Below, in pieces: positions 23,202 to 37,600 of a stretch of DNA of 64,000 bases. How positions within the stretch are numbered: position 1 is the stretch's first letter; each line of letters opens with the position of its first letter. The DNA comes from Batkoa obscura (lineage: Eukaryota), in assembly GCA_030770535.1 (NCBI GenBank), contig JASVEC010000018.1, forward strand, positions 558,001 to 622,000, read 5' to 3'. Under the pieces are notes generated by a model. It was not told the DNA's origin. It made no database searches and saw only the letters and a program-made list of their open reading frames with translations. The translations under genes and the position numbers were made by a program.

Positions 23202-24566
23202 ATGGCAGCAAGAGAAGAAGATTTTGGAATGAAACTAGAAACGGATCAAAATAAAGAAATAGAAAATTATGAATTATATAGCGTCAATCAACGTAGATTT
23301 TATTTAGCAATTGTAGCCTTTGCAGGTTTAATGGCACCTATGTCTGCTACCATGTTCTTTCCTGCCTTAATACAAATTAAAGAAGATTTCCAAACAACTG
23401 ATACATTAATTGATCTTACTGTATCTATTTTTGTATTTGTATTAGCCATTGCTCCATTAGTTTGGGGTACATGTGCTGATTTATATGGCCGTAGATGGGT
23501 ATATATCACTGCTCAAGTAATATTTGCATTATCATGCGTTGGTTGTGGTTTGTCGCCAAATATTGCTGTATTTCTTCTCATGAGGGTATTCCAAGGTATT
23601 GGTTCCTCAGCAACCATAGTGCTTGGGATCGGTACTATAAGTGACATTTATCCACGAGACCAAAGAGGAACGGCATTTGGTTTATTTTTTGTTGGTCCAT
23701 TGATCGGACCTATTATCGGACCTATTATCGGAGGTTTCTTAGCACAATATTTGGGGTGGAGATCGATCTTTTGGTTAATGATAGGATTATCAGGAGCTAT
23801 ATTAATTATTATGATTGTATTTTTGAAAGAAACAATGGCTGAAAGTAGAATGGAACCATTTCCAGTTAAAATAAGCTTTTTTCCATTTTCATTCAAATTT
23901 AATGGCATGTTATTTAATCCCTTCAAATCTTTGTATTATCTTAGATATATTAACGTTGCATTGGGTTCTTTTTATACTGCTATTATATTTGCCTCTTACT
24001 ATGCAGTTTCTACTTCTCAAAATCGTGCAATGTTTAATAATTATCACTTAACCGCGTCAACCACTGGATTGACTTTTCTTTCTTTAGGCGTGGGTAATAT
24101 TACAGGTTCCATATGTGGAGGAAGGGTGTCGGATTTATTATTAAAACGAGCTATTAAGAGGTCAAAAGACAATAAAGCTCACCCTGAAATAAGACTGTAT
24201 TCCTCTTTTATTGGCGCAATATCTATATTAATTGGACTGGGGTTAAATGGGTGGTTTATTCAATATCAATTTCATTTGGGTTTAGTTCTATTCGCTCAAT
24301 TTTTAATCGGATTTGGTATGACATATGCTTTTGGATGTACCTCAACCTATCTAATTGACTTATACCCAAGGTTTGCTGCTTCAATTACATCAGCTTCAAA
24401 TTCTATACGTATGATAGCATCGGGTATTATTGTTACTCTTAATTCGATCATTTTGGATAAATTAGATTATGGTTGGACATTTACAATGTTTGCATTTATG
24501 CATGGGGTTGGAATTGCTATCTTAGTTGTATTAATAGCGTTTAGTTCAAAGTTTACACATTCGTGA
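23202..24566 (+). CDS. MFS transporter, DHA1 drug:H+ antiporter family (QDR/DTR-like), intronless
   Basis: About 12 hydrophobic segments; motif A GTCADLYGRR; LMRVFQGIG; motif C GPLIGPIIG; WRSIFW; PEIRL. Confidence 0.9.
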   Translation: MAAREEDFGMKLETDQNKEIENYELYSVNQRRFYLAIVAFAGLMAPMSATMFFPALIQIKEDFQTTDTLIDLTVSIFVFVLAIAPLVWGTCADLYGRRWVYITAQVIFALSCVGCGLSPNIAVFLLMRVFQGIGSSATIVLGIGTISDIYPRDQRGTAFGLFFVGPLIGPIIGPIIGGFLAQYLGWRSIFWLMIGLSGAILIIMIVFLKETMAESRMEPFPVKISFFPFSFKFNGMLFNPFKSLYYLRYINVALGSFYTAIIFASYYAVSTSQNRAMFNNYHLTASTTGLTFLSLGVGNITGSICGGRVSDLLLKRAIKRSKDNKAHPEIRLYSSFIGAISILIGLGLNGWFIQYQFHLGLVLFAQFLIGFGMTYAFGCTSTYLIDLYPRFAASITSASNSIRMIASGIIVTLNSIILDKLDYGWTFTMFAFMHGVGIAILVVLIAFSSKFTHS

Positions 24567-25182
24567 TAAAGAAATTTAATAAACTAAAAACAATAAAAAA
24601 TTATTTATTTTTGATTTATTTTTAATATGACTAATGACAGTAAAATCTATTACTATATTAGAACATCATACTATCATAGGGTACACTATATTAGACTCAA
24701 ATATTTACGAGGAAATATGAAGATAGTTGCTTGGTTTATTGAGTGGAGGGTGAACCGGGGTTTCAAGATGGCTTTAAGTAATTAAAATAGAGAATGTAAA
24801 AATGAAGACAATTTGAAGATGGACTAATTAGTTTATAGTTGACTTTATGACATTCTTATGATTTGTTTTTATTAAAACACAAAATTTCAGTCATTAGTAT
24901 AAAAAAATAAAAGCAAAAAGCATTTCCAAAATTCCCTTTAGAATTTATTTAAACATTTGATTTTATTTATTTATTATGCTTTGATAAAATATATTAGGTA
25001 TGTTAAGGCTTATTATTTATATTGCGCTATTGCTGTAAAATTTCAAGCAGTTATTATATTTTAAGGTATCTAATTGTTATAAGTAAGCGAATTTAAGTTT
25101 TAAAAAAATATCATTGTTAAAAATTTATTAGCATTAAGCTCTAAAGCATACAATAGCCGTATAAATTTATATAATAATCATT

Positions 25183-25287
25183 ATATGTGGATGCATTTTT
25201 GTGTTAAGAATTTTACTAACAAATTTTCCACTTAAATAGTGCTTAAAAAATGGAAAAAGTAACGAAGTCAAAAAAACACTCCCATAT
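25183..25287 (+). mobile_element. MITE family A, copy 7
   Basis: Consensus match with ATAT flanks. Confidence 0.88.
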
Positions 25288-25501
25288 ATTTTAAAAAAAA
25301 GTTTCATAAAAGTTTTGTTGTCCTAATGGTTTAGTATGAGTAATTCTAATATTTATAGTATTTCTAGTAAAAACAAACTGTACAAATGTCAACAATATAG
25401 TATCAATTCAATTATATAGTTTTTCAACCTATTTCTTCATTTTATTATGGTTATAGTTACCTTAAAAACTATTGTAAAACTCGTACTACCCTGTAAACGA
25501 C

Positions 25502-25690
25502 TTAAAGTGCGAAGCTAGCAAAGGTGTCAGATTGATTTAAATCGTGACCTTGTACAAATTTACTAACAAAATAAGCTGTTGGTTTTACAGTTAATTATTA
25601 ACAAGCAAATTAGTAGCATAACTCATGTGAATAACTAAGAGTACCTTTAAACACGATAGATGTAATCTTCAAAGCAAGTGGATCATAAAG
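25502..25690 (-). pseudogene. Possible decayed Ty1/copia reverse-transcriptase fragment
   Basis: Broken frames give KITSIVFK...KPTAYFVSKFVQGHDLNQSDTFASFA, loosely resembling copia RT KWVFK...KARLVAKGF.Q..GIDY.ETFAPVA; locally GC-richer. Confidence 0.25.
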
Positions 25691-26311
25691 CAAATCAAAA
25701 ATGTGCAGTAATTAATCTTAAATAAAGGAATGGCTTTTTCGTTTTGGTATTTTATCATTTTCTGCATAGCTTGGAACATGAAATTCAAAAAAACATGTCT
25801 ATAAGGCTAGTTAAATGGTTATTATTTATAAATGAGTTCTAATACCAACAATATACCTAAAAATATATTTCATAGTTACTGATATATCAAAAAGATATTC
25901 AATAGTAGTATATGCAGCATTTTTTTAATTCGGATTTTGATTTTACTTGGAAATAAATTTTTGTCTACTAGTTTTATAATCTAAAAGACCTCTCTTTATA
26001 AACATTTAATATCGTAATATCTTATTTTTATTTTAGAACATTAAATTATATAAACATTTTTCATGACTTATAAGAAATCAATCACGATACAACTTTGTTT
26101 ATTATAATACCTATTGTTAATATAGCATAAAGTCTTAGTTTTAAAAAAGATGGAAATATAAAGAATTTCAAATAAAAATTTACTCCCTGAAAATGGTTAT
26201 TATTAAAGTAAAATGAAATAAAGCACTATTCTAAGGCAAAGCAGTCGTAGAAAAATTTAAAAGTAATTGTATAAGGAATAAAAATATAAATCCAAATTAG
26301 TACATTGTTAG

Positions 26312-29184
26312 CTAGCCAGACCAGTTGTTAGGATAGCGTGTATTAGCATTATTATGGTAGTGTTGCTGTTGCTGAGGGTGAGGGGCGTGGTTTTGATGAT
26401 ATGGAGGAATATGTTGAAGATGAGGAGGGACAGGTTGTTGATTAGGATATCCAAACATTTGGTTTTGTTGAGGGTAGTATGGGTGTGGATAATAAACAGA
26501 TCCATCGTTAGGTACTCCTTGAGGTTGATATGGCATTCCACCGTATGGAAAGCCACCGTAACCCATTGGTGGCATTGGTTGAGGTGGGTGGGATGCTTCG
26601 CTACCACCTTGTTCAAATCCTTTGCCTTTTGTCTTATCATATGCATTATTTTGACCTAAAAAATATTAATATATTAACATATATATACTAAACCTAGATT
26701 ACCTTGGAAGTTTTGATTATATGCATTAGGTTCTTGAGATGTATTGGATTGATTTTGGTTAAATCCATTTCCGTTTTCTTCATAATTTCCTAGAGACTTT
26801 TGTGCAAATTGAAGGGTATAGTTATTCCCATGCATATATGGGTTATAATGGCCGGGTGGATAGTTGTATTGGCCATAATATGGCATATAATTATTTTGAC
26901 CTTGTGGCATACCCTGATTAAGCATATGTGGCGGATGCATACCATGGAGATGAGGTTGGGGAAGGTATCCAGGATAATGGATGAAATGAGTTGGATGCAT
27001 TGGATTTTCTTGTGGATTACCTTGTGGATTACCTTGTGGATTACCTTGTGGATTACCTTGTGGATTACCTTGTGGATTACCTTGTGGATTACCTTGTTGG
27101 TTGACTTGTGGGTTACTTTGATGTGGGCCCTCTGGGTTGCCTTGTGGACCTTGAGGTTGATGGTTTTGAGTCTGGGCATTTTGCGTTTGGGGCGTTTCAG
27201 TAAATGTTTGATCCTAAAATTGCATTAATATTGATTGACTCGTTTAAATAAAAAAGTTACATTAGATTTAGGTTCTATGTCACCATTTTTATCTGTTAGA
27301 GTAGCATCGTTTTGATGGCCATTTTCATTGGCTTCGATGTTCTGTTTAGATACTTCTTCGTTGGATACATGTTGAGGTTGCTGTTCGTTAGTTGCGTTAT
27401 AACTATTTGCTGTGAAACTAGCTTGCCTAGCTGGAGCTACAGGTCTACTATTACCACGGGCTGGGTTTGGAATCCCTGGTGGGCCGCCAACCGGGAGGCC
27501 AGGTGGAGGTACTTTACCAGAGCCTGCCGAGGCAATTCCAGGTGGACCTTGCTTAACTGAAGTGTCAGGTGACTTTAGTGTTTCGGGAGTTCTACAAAAA
27601 TTAGAATAAATAAATAAATGAATACAACTGTATATTACTTTGGATATTCGTTGTCTTGTCTAGTTTCTTGGGTATTGCCAGAATCGTGGTTATCAACTCT
27701 ATCGAATTTATCAAGTTTATCACTAGCGTCACTTATTCTAGAGGCAACAGACTTATTAAGGACAACCCCACTCTCACTACCGCGAGACGATGAGTTTGAA
27801 TGTTGGTCTCCGTTAGACAAATGATTAGTTGTGTCGTTTCCGATGGTAGCTTTTTCCTCGAGCATAGATGCCATAACCTCATCTAAGCAAATTTCACCTC
27901 CGTTTGAAGTGTTCTTACTAAGATCTATTTCCCTTAGTGGTAAAGGTTCTTCAGCGTTTTTATCTGAGCTTTGAATTTTATTATTTACACTTTCTTGCTC
28001 TGAGGTTTCCTTAGATTCTTTTTCATTAGTTTCACTCTCGTCTGATTTTACTTTCGTTACTTTCGTTACTTTCGTTACTTTCGTTACTTTTGTTCCTTTT
28101 GTTACTTTTGTTACTTTTGCTCCTTCATTGATTGGTTTCTTTTCTTCAGTAGTTGATGATTCAACCAAACCTTGTTTGCCTTCTTCCTTGTCTTGCCCAT
28201 TTGTTACTACCTCAGATTCTGGTTTAGGTTTAGGTTTAGGTTTCTGTGAGCGACTATAATTCGAATTAAAAAAGTGCTTTTATCTACTTAAAGTTTTATA
28301 CTTACCTTGCTATTTTAGCCCATGAATTTTCAGGAATGGGGTTTGCTTCCTTTTTAACTGCTGTTTCTGACTTTCCATTTGTTGTTGGCCATTCTGATTC
28401 ATCATTCAAATCGTTTATATTAGAACTGTTATTCTCTGAGGAATTTGGTTGCCTAGTATGTTTATTTGACGTAACATCTGAGTTTTCTTGACCTGAACTT
28501 GATGTCCTTATCGCGGTTGGTTTACTATTGGCTGTATCTCTTTTGGATGCTGCTTTAGCAATTCTTGATGCCCATGTACTTGCGGGAGGTGTATTTTGAA
28601 CCTTTGTTGAAGAACTATTTGCTTCCTTTTGACCAGAATCACTCGCTCCTTGTTCGGATGGTGTGAGTGTGCCTTCATCATTTATTCGGTAGGTGCTTTT
28701 TGCTGATTTACGCTCAGATTCACTTATAGGAGCTAAAATAAATTAGTATGACAAGTTTTTAAAAATAAATATAGTACTTTTTGTATTTTTGAAATTCTTT
28801 TGGTTTATTGAACCTTTGCCTTTCTTAGATTCTTGTGAGCGGACTATTTTAGTAGGGATTTCTTCAGCTGGTTCTGTGAAGCTTTCTTTTTTAGGCTTGC
28901 GGGTTTTGACCTCACCCCATTGAGTAGCGAATCCTAAAATATTAATAACTAAACATTTAAAAGCAATATTAAATACCTTCTGAAATGCGAGAAACAGCAA
29001 GTTCAAAGTCTCCTTGAGTGTCTTGAAGCGTATATAAAAGGTCCTCATCAGACCAATCTGGGAATATTTCGTTTAATGAGGCTAAAATTTGAGAGTAGCG
29101 AGCACGTAATAAAGTGATTTCATCTGACTCGTCTCTTAATTTTCTAGGATAATAGTTCCGTTGACTTCTGGCGCGATGAGACAT
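26312..29184 (-). CDS. DEF1: CUE-domain low-complexity protein, Def1/UBAP2L-like, multi-exon
   Basis: N-terminal CUE LNEIFPDWSDEDLLYTLQDTQGDFELAVSRISEG|FATQWGEVK; TWASRI/SWAKI motifs; LPVGGPPG; Q/P/Y-rich C-terminus. Confidence 0.7.
27001..27096 (-). repeat. Coding 12-bp tandem repeat, (QGNP)x7 plus 1 variant unit
   Basis: tggattaccttg x7 from 27013. Confidence 0.95.
28047..28119 (-). repeat. Coding 9-bp tandem repeat (VTK)n
   Basis: tttcgttac/ttttgttac units; translation KVTKVTKGTKVTKVTKVTKVTKVK. Confidence 0.9.
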
Positions 29185-29320
29185 TGTTATTATATTTATT
29201 TTATTTTATATCAGTTGTTTTATATTCCCAAGGTTAGGTAATGAATTGTTTTCACTGTTATAGATCTTAAAAAATTTTCAATCTTTCCCTCCACTTTTTA
29301 TGTTGAGTCATAACATTCTC

Positions 29321-29466
29321 CTATTGGGTGAAAGCACTTGTAGTAAAATGGATAAAGCAGATTTGATTCAAAGAAGGCTGCATTTTATTGGTTCAAAGCA
29401 ACCAAGCTATTCATTATTGGCTTAGGCTGAGTGAAACAACCTCATCAAAATGTAAACCAACCAATC
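29321..29466. promoter_or_regulatory. Cluster of CCAAT/ATTGG boxes upstream of the DEF1-like gene
   Basis: ctattgg, ttattggt, ttattggc and aaccaatc within ~150 bp, 140-280 bp upstream of the ATG. Confidence 0.45.
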
Positions 29467-30122
29467 TCATTTGATGTGGAATGCTTTTATACTGTTTTTA
29501 CATTAGGATCTCTCCGCAATAGATGTAACTAAATTAAGTATTTTATGATTCTTTATGGGATTACTTAATTCCCCGAATTTAATATACTATATAAGATTAG
29601 TTATTACACAAGTATATTCAAATCAAAGAGATTCATACTGTAAATTAAGTCAACATCTTAGCATACAAATATCACTTATTTTATGAATTATCGTATAAAA
29701 AGTATAGTATGAGGCATATGATAATAAGATATCCTTTTATTTTTTGCTTAACTAAATTGATTCTACTTTAATATCAGGTGGTTTATTTGAATTCATAATA
29801 CGTTTATAATACTTTCGACGATATAATGTATATTATAGGTTACATATTCTGTTTAAAGTCGAATTTTAATGGGCTAAAGTGCTGTTTTAAAATGTTTACA
29901 TGTAGTTTTTCTATTTAGCCTTAATTTTATAATAAAAAGTCTAGTATTTATTGATCGCAATATTTTTATCACAATAGAATATTTCAACAAAGAGGTTAAT
30001 CTCAAAAACATTAAATATTGAAGCAATATAATAATAGATGTTATTATATCATGTAGTACAATTAAACTTTATTTTTCAGTAACGGTGCTATATACAAAAA
30101 ATCAAAATTAACAAAAATTACT

Positions 30123-30224
30123 ATATGGGGGTGTTTTTTTGACTTCATCACTTTTTCCATCTTTTAAGCGCTATGAGTGGAAAAACTGTTGGTAAAATTC
30201 TTAACATAAAAAACACCTCCATAT
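30123..30224 (-). mobile_element. MITE family A, copy 8 (abuts copy 9)
   Basis: Reverse-complement match; shares the ATAT at 30221-30224 with copy 9. Confidence 0.9.
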
Positions 30225-30327
30225 GGGGATGTATTCTTGTGTTTAAGAATTTTACTAACAAATTTTCCGCTCAAATAGCGCTTAAAAGGTGGAAAAAGTA
30301 ATGAAATCAAAAAAAGCATTCCCATAT
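30221..30327 (+). mobile_element. MITE family A, copy 9
   Basis: Consensus match with ATAT flanks. Confidence 0.9.
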
Positions 30328-30994
30328 ATAGTTTTATATCAAATTAAAATAAAGCATTTAAAATACTATATATAAAGGAAAAACACCTTATAATGAAGTA
30401 GAAACGCTACATACATATTAACATTCCAATAAGTTAAAGTTATAAAACTGATATCACAATCTAAAATTTATTATACGAAAAATATGAAAAAATACAAAAA
30501 ACATGCTATTTCCAGAGCAAGTGTTAAACCTTTTTAAAGCTTGTAAACTCAGCTTATCTAGTTCACTTTTAGCAACTAATCTATTATTAATTTTTAATCA
30601 GCTTTTCATAGCTGCGAATCATCGCAGCACTTTGTAGTCCTAACGAATTTAATTGGGAGTAATTTAGCTTAGTTCAGCTGCGATTTAAAAGAACCAATTA
30701 TTTTAAGTGGATGGCTAAGTTTTCAAATGGGAAGAGAGTGTCAGGTTGGAGTATTTAAACAAACTAGATATTGTTTTTTATACTTAAATAGCTCACAAAT
30801 ATTTTTATATAAAAATATTGGGGCTACTTCGTTAAAGGTATTAACCTATTTTATTACACGGTGTTGTTAAGATATTAGTATATCTTATCCTTTTATTTTA
30901 TCATAAAAGTGGATAAAATTTGGAATATAAATATTAACTTTTCAAAAGAGATAGAGAAAAAGAAACCAATATTTATTTAGACTAATAAGTAAAA

Positions 30995-32255
30995 ATGTCA
31001 AACACTGTTGTGGTAATACACTATATTTTGTTTTAAATTTATGCTAAGTTATAAAAGCCTACGGTTTATGGTCATATTATGAAAGAAGTTCTTAATAATG
31101 CCCAAAAGGAGTTTGAAGAAAATGGTATCGATTTAACAGTTTTACAAGAATTAGAAAAGGTACTTTATATCAATTTAATGTTATGATTAAGGCCACTTAA
31201 ATATGTTATTTTACTATTATCACAATATTAAATTAATATTTAGCTCTGGGAGACCAAGTTATCAAACTCAAACGTGGCGGACTTCAATGCCTTTGTACCA
31301 CGAGTTATATCAACTAGCAACCCAGCACCACCTGGACCTGGAGAAGATACCTATTCAAAATATTACGATACTGTAAATTGGCTTAAAACTGAGATATAAG
31401 TTAATAACAATTTATGTTAGATAAGCACCCAAGAGCGTACATACCCTCAAGCAAGTAACTCCACTTCTATAAGCTACAGTAGTCTAATGGAGCCTCACCC
31501 AAATGTAGAAAACTACGCAGCAGCCAATTTAGCAAACTTAGTCAATGTCAATAACACCAGTTCATTTCCTTCTCACAGTAATTCAGCAGTAACTAATGAT
31601 GATTTATTTACTAAACGTAGTGCTCCTGCACCATACAAACCAGATTACCATAATTATTCACAGGATGCTAGTTTCTCGAATAATAACTCTGAATATTATA
31701 AGGACTCAAAACCAACTATTAATAGATTACCACAGTTAGATGGAGCAAACGATTTACCAGGAATGAAAAATGAAAAAAACATTAATGAAGATAAGGTTTC
31801 AAGAGAAGTATGAATGAATATAGTAAGTTTTGTGACAAATTAATTAAATTTATTTTAGGAAGCAGATAAAATTTTAAACAAGAAAATAATGGAAAAGTAT
31901 GGAAACAAAAACTTGAATCAATTAGAGGGAGAGGGTGGTGAAGATGACGAAGAAGATGTATTAATGTTTTTTTAAATTTAAAATTATATTTTAATTTAAT
32001 TAGGATGCAATTAATTCTGATCTAGATGATTCTGAAGAGGATGAAGGAGAAGATGGAGATAAAGATAGTGCTGAACATATTATCCTTTGTCAATACGATA
32101 AAGTATTATAATATTTAATACCATAAAATGATCTAATAGACGTTTAGGTATCACGTACTAAAAACAGATGGAGATGCAATCTTAAAGATGGTATTATTCT
32201 TGTTAATGGAAAAGAATATTTATTCTCTAAAGCTACTGGGGAGTTTCAATGGTAA
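30995..32255 (+). CDS. TOA1: Transcription factor IIA large (alpha/beta) subunit, multi-exon
   Basis: MSNTVV|PTVYGHIMKEVL...LQELEK|LWETKL; acidic INSDLDD; IILCQYDK|VSRTKNRWRCNLKDGIILVNGKEYLFSKATGEFQW*. Confidence 0.94.
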
Positions 32256-32778
32256 CTTAAATACCATTTTTTTATAATGGAGCATCTTTATCACTATTCA
32301 ATATATATTATACTTTAAATCAACTTGGATTTTATTTTTGAAATAAAATTTTTGCTTTTTGAATTAAAATTATTTATCGTTCAATATCTATTTTATTATT
32401 ATATTAGTATTTAAATTGTTAAAAATAATCAATAATTCAATATTATTAATACACATTGTAAGTATGTTTTAAAAATAAAAATAAAAATAAATAAAGTTCT
32501 CAATATGAAGTTCTAATATTTTAATAAAGGTGGTTAAATCTATATTTTACTGTTAAAATCATCGTGGTTTTATCCTCCTCTAATGCAAATTGATCAAGTA
32601 CTAAGGCATAAAAGGCATATTGGCCAATACTATTCTACCATACCTAATTTGTCCAATCAAGCACCAACTTTAACTGACTCTCTTTTGGGCTTTGCAAAGG
32701 TAGCCAATTAAATTAGATCAAAACCCCTTAGCACAAGTTGACTATAAATTGAAATCGGAAATAATTTTTTTAATTAGT

Positions 32779-34246
<1,468 letters not shown>

Positions 34247-34621
34247 GTTCTAAGTGGTTAATAAGGTTTTTAGTATTATTTAATAAACCCAAATTGTTTA
34301 CTAAATATTTTAAGTATAGTTTTGTTTTTCACTTTCATGGGGAATTATAAGGTTTGGTGACAAGGTTGATAAATGTTATATTTATTTTCTATAACTTAAA
34401 AATTTATTTAATATAACTACTGATATAAATAAATGTAAATTAAATTAAATTAGTATTATTCATTTTGATTTTTTTGGTTAATCTTCAATCATTTCAAATA
34501 ATCAAATAGTAGCTTAACTATGAATCTACCTAATAAGTTAAAGATTAGATTCAATTTGCTATTTTTAAAAATGCTTAAAAACTCAAAAATACTCGAAATT
34601 TGTTTTGTTTTTATATCATCA

Positions 34622-37600
34622 ATGGATCCGAAAAAAATCATTACACCAAATCGAACTCCATCAAAAGCCAACTCACAACCAAGTAATGGTAGTCAACGAG
34701 ACGGGGGAAAGAAAAGTGTTCAAACTTCGCTTTTATCTTTTTTTACTAAGATTGAAAAAAAGCCTTCAGACCTTGGTAAAGAAGAAAATAAATATGGAAA
34801 CGGAAATGGGGAGAATATGACTGGAGATGATAAACTATCTAAAACAAGACAAAAATTTGATTTAAATTTGAGTAAAGTAAATGACGATGATATGGGTGAT
34901 GGTATTGAACCAGCGATAGAAGAAGAGGTGATAAAAACTAGGGTAAAATGAAATGAAAAATGTAATGAAGAAATGATTAAAACATAATTATAGAGTGGAA
35001 GACAAACAAGGGCTATTAAATATTTGTATTCCAGTGATGAAGAGAACCAAGGTAAGTTTTCGTCATGACAAAACATAGTTATTTAGCAAAAACAAGTAGA
35101 CAGCGATAAAGAGTATAAAGATGAACCACGAAGTAAGATTGTTAAAGAAGATTTTGATCTTGATATGGATACAGATGAAGAAAGGGATATATGTAAGATC
35201 TCCTTTAAATACTTTTAATCAAAATTTATTTTTCATTAGCCAATTTTCTCAATCAACTTGATAAAAAAGTAGAAACTATTAAAGTTAAAGAAAGTCCAAC
35301 AATTGTTAACCAAGTAACTATTTTTATTGTAATAAGAAAAAGTAATTAATTAAAATTTAAAGGCAAATAGCTCACCTAAATCTGGGTCTAATAGATTACG
35401 GGTAAAAGCAGTATTTTATTTATTTAATGCTTTATTTAATTTTTACAGAATTTCGCTTCTGGTGGTGTTACTAAAAAGGACAGTGGATTCACACCTAGTG
35501 TAAGATTATATTCAAATATTCGATAAATTTATTAACAGTCTTAGAAATTAAAAAATAATGCTGAAGAAAGATATCCTTGGTTAGTCAACGTATTAGATGC
35601 GAATAAAAATCCGCCAGGTAGGATAATAAACATAATAACGAAATGGGTAATAATCAAATAAAACTAGATCATCCAGATTATGATATTCGAACATTATATA
35701 TCCCACAGAGTGCATGGAATAAATTTACACCATTTGAGCGTCAATTTTGGGAGATTAAATCCACACATTATGATACTGTAGTATTCTTTAAAAAGGGTAA
35801 ATTTTATGAGTTATACGAAGATGATGCTATTATTGGCCATCAAAAGTTTGATTTAAAAGTCACCGATCGAGTCAATATGAAGATGGCAGGATTTCCAGAA
35901 GGCAACTTTGAGTTTTGGGCAGGCAAGTTTATTGCTCAAGGATACAAAGTAGCCAAAGTAGATCAAATGGAATCTGCAGTTGGTAAAACATTAAGAGAAA
36001 AAGAAAACAAAGGTAGAAAAACAGAAAATGTTATTCGAAGAGAATTAACTTCGATATTAACAAAAGGTACCTTAGTGGACTCCAATATGATACGTAATGA
36101 TGAATCAAATTATTGTTTAGCACTCAAACAAGTCAACAATTCATTTGGGGTTGCTTTAGTTGATACTTCAATGGCAGAGTTTAGAATTGGTGCAATCTAT
36201 GATGATGCTCAATTATCGAAATTAGAAACATTTTTTTTGCAATATAAACCAAAAGAAATCGTATATGAAAAGGGAAGAATAACAAATAGTGTATTAAAGT
36301 TACTTAAATTATACTTACCAGATGTTTTAAAAAATCCAATTGCGCCTGAGTTGGAGTTCTATGATCATACTAATACTTTAATGGAGCTTAAAAGGAATCA
36401 ATATTTTGGTACAGAAGATGTAACGCAGTGGCCACTCGCATTAAATGAAATCATGAAGGATCAGTTGTCACTTTCTGCTTTTGGAGGTTTAACTTATTAC
36501 TTGCAAACCTTAAAATTAGATAAGGATTTGATCAGTTTAAAAAATATTCATACTTTGCAAGATAAATGGTCAAAAAACACATTATTATTAGATGGACAAA
36601 CTTTGATAAATTTACAAATACTAGAAAATTCAGATGAAGGTAAAGAGGGTACTTTATTTAATCTAATAAATCATGCCGTGACACCAAGTGGTAAGAGATT
36701 GGTTAAATTATGGATATGTCATCCATTAAGAGATATCAACTTAATTAATCAAAGATTGGATGCTATTCAATGTATTATGGATGATATGGAAATCCAAGGT
36801 AATATACAATATAATATAAGATGATACAATTGTATTTACATTATTATAGAATTTTCAAAACGATTGGTAGGAATACCAGATTTGGAAAGAATATTATCAA
36901 GAATCCATGCAGGTTCTATAAATATCAAACAGTTATTAACTGTAATTAAAGCATTTAAAGAAATTCAAGTAAAATTTGATTATATCATTATTGTTATTTT
37001 AATATTAATTAATTTTTAGTTAATCTTTAATGAATTGAAACCATTGTTAACGAATTCTCAATCTTTATTATTAAAAAAAATAGTCAATGACTTTCCAGAT
37101 CTTACTGAAAAATTAAGTTATTTTGAACTTGGATTTGATCATGAGCTTGCGATTAAAGAAGGTAACCCAACTATTGATAATTTTTGATACAAGAAATTAG
37201 ATATAATAGGTATTGTTGTACCATTTGCCGGAGTGGAACAGAAATATGATAATATAGAAAATAAAATTAAAGAGGTTGAAACTCAATTTCAAGTATATTT
37301 AAATGAACAAAAGAAGGCATTAAAGTAATAATGTAATTTATCTTATAAAACTTAAAATTAATCATATTTAGGAATCAAAAATTAGTTTATAAGGATATTA
37401 ACAGAGAAGTATGTTTAATAGAAGCCCCTGCTGATCTTAAGATACCAAATAACTGGATTAAAGTATCTCAAACGAAAGTAATTTATAAAAAGTCAAATAC
37501 GAATGGTAACTAACTATTATTAACTAATAGGCAGTTAAAAGATATAGAACTCCATTTACGATTAAATTAGTAAAAGAATATGAAGAGACAAAAGAGATAA

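Noticed and set aside
26308..27824. Multiple overlapping ORFs (WITL and VIHK repeats etc.)
   Set aside because: Alternative frames and antisense of the DEF1-like exons and their tandem repeat.
28221..28243. (GGTTTA)n as an interstitial telomere repeat
   Set aside because: Only four units, inside an exon encoding KP repeats.
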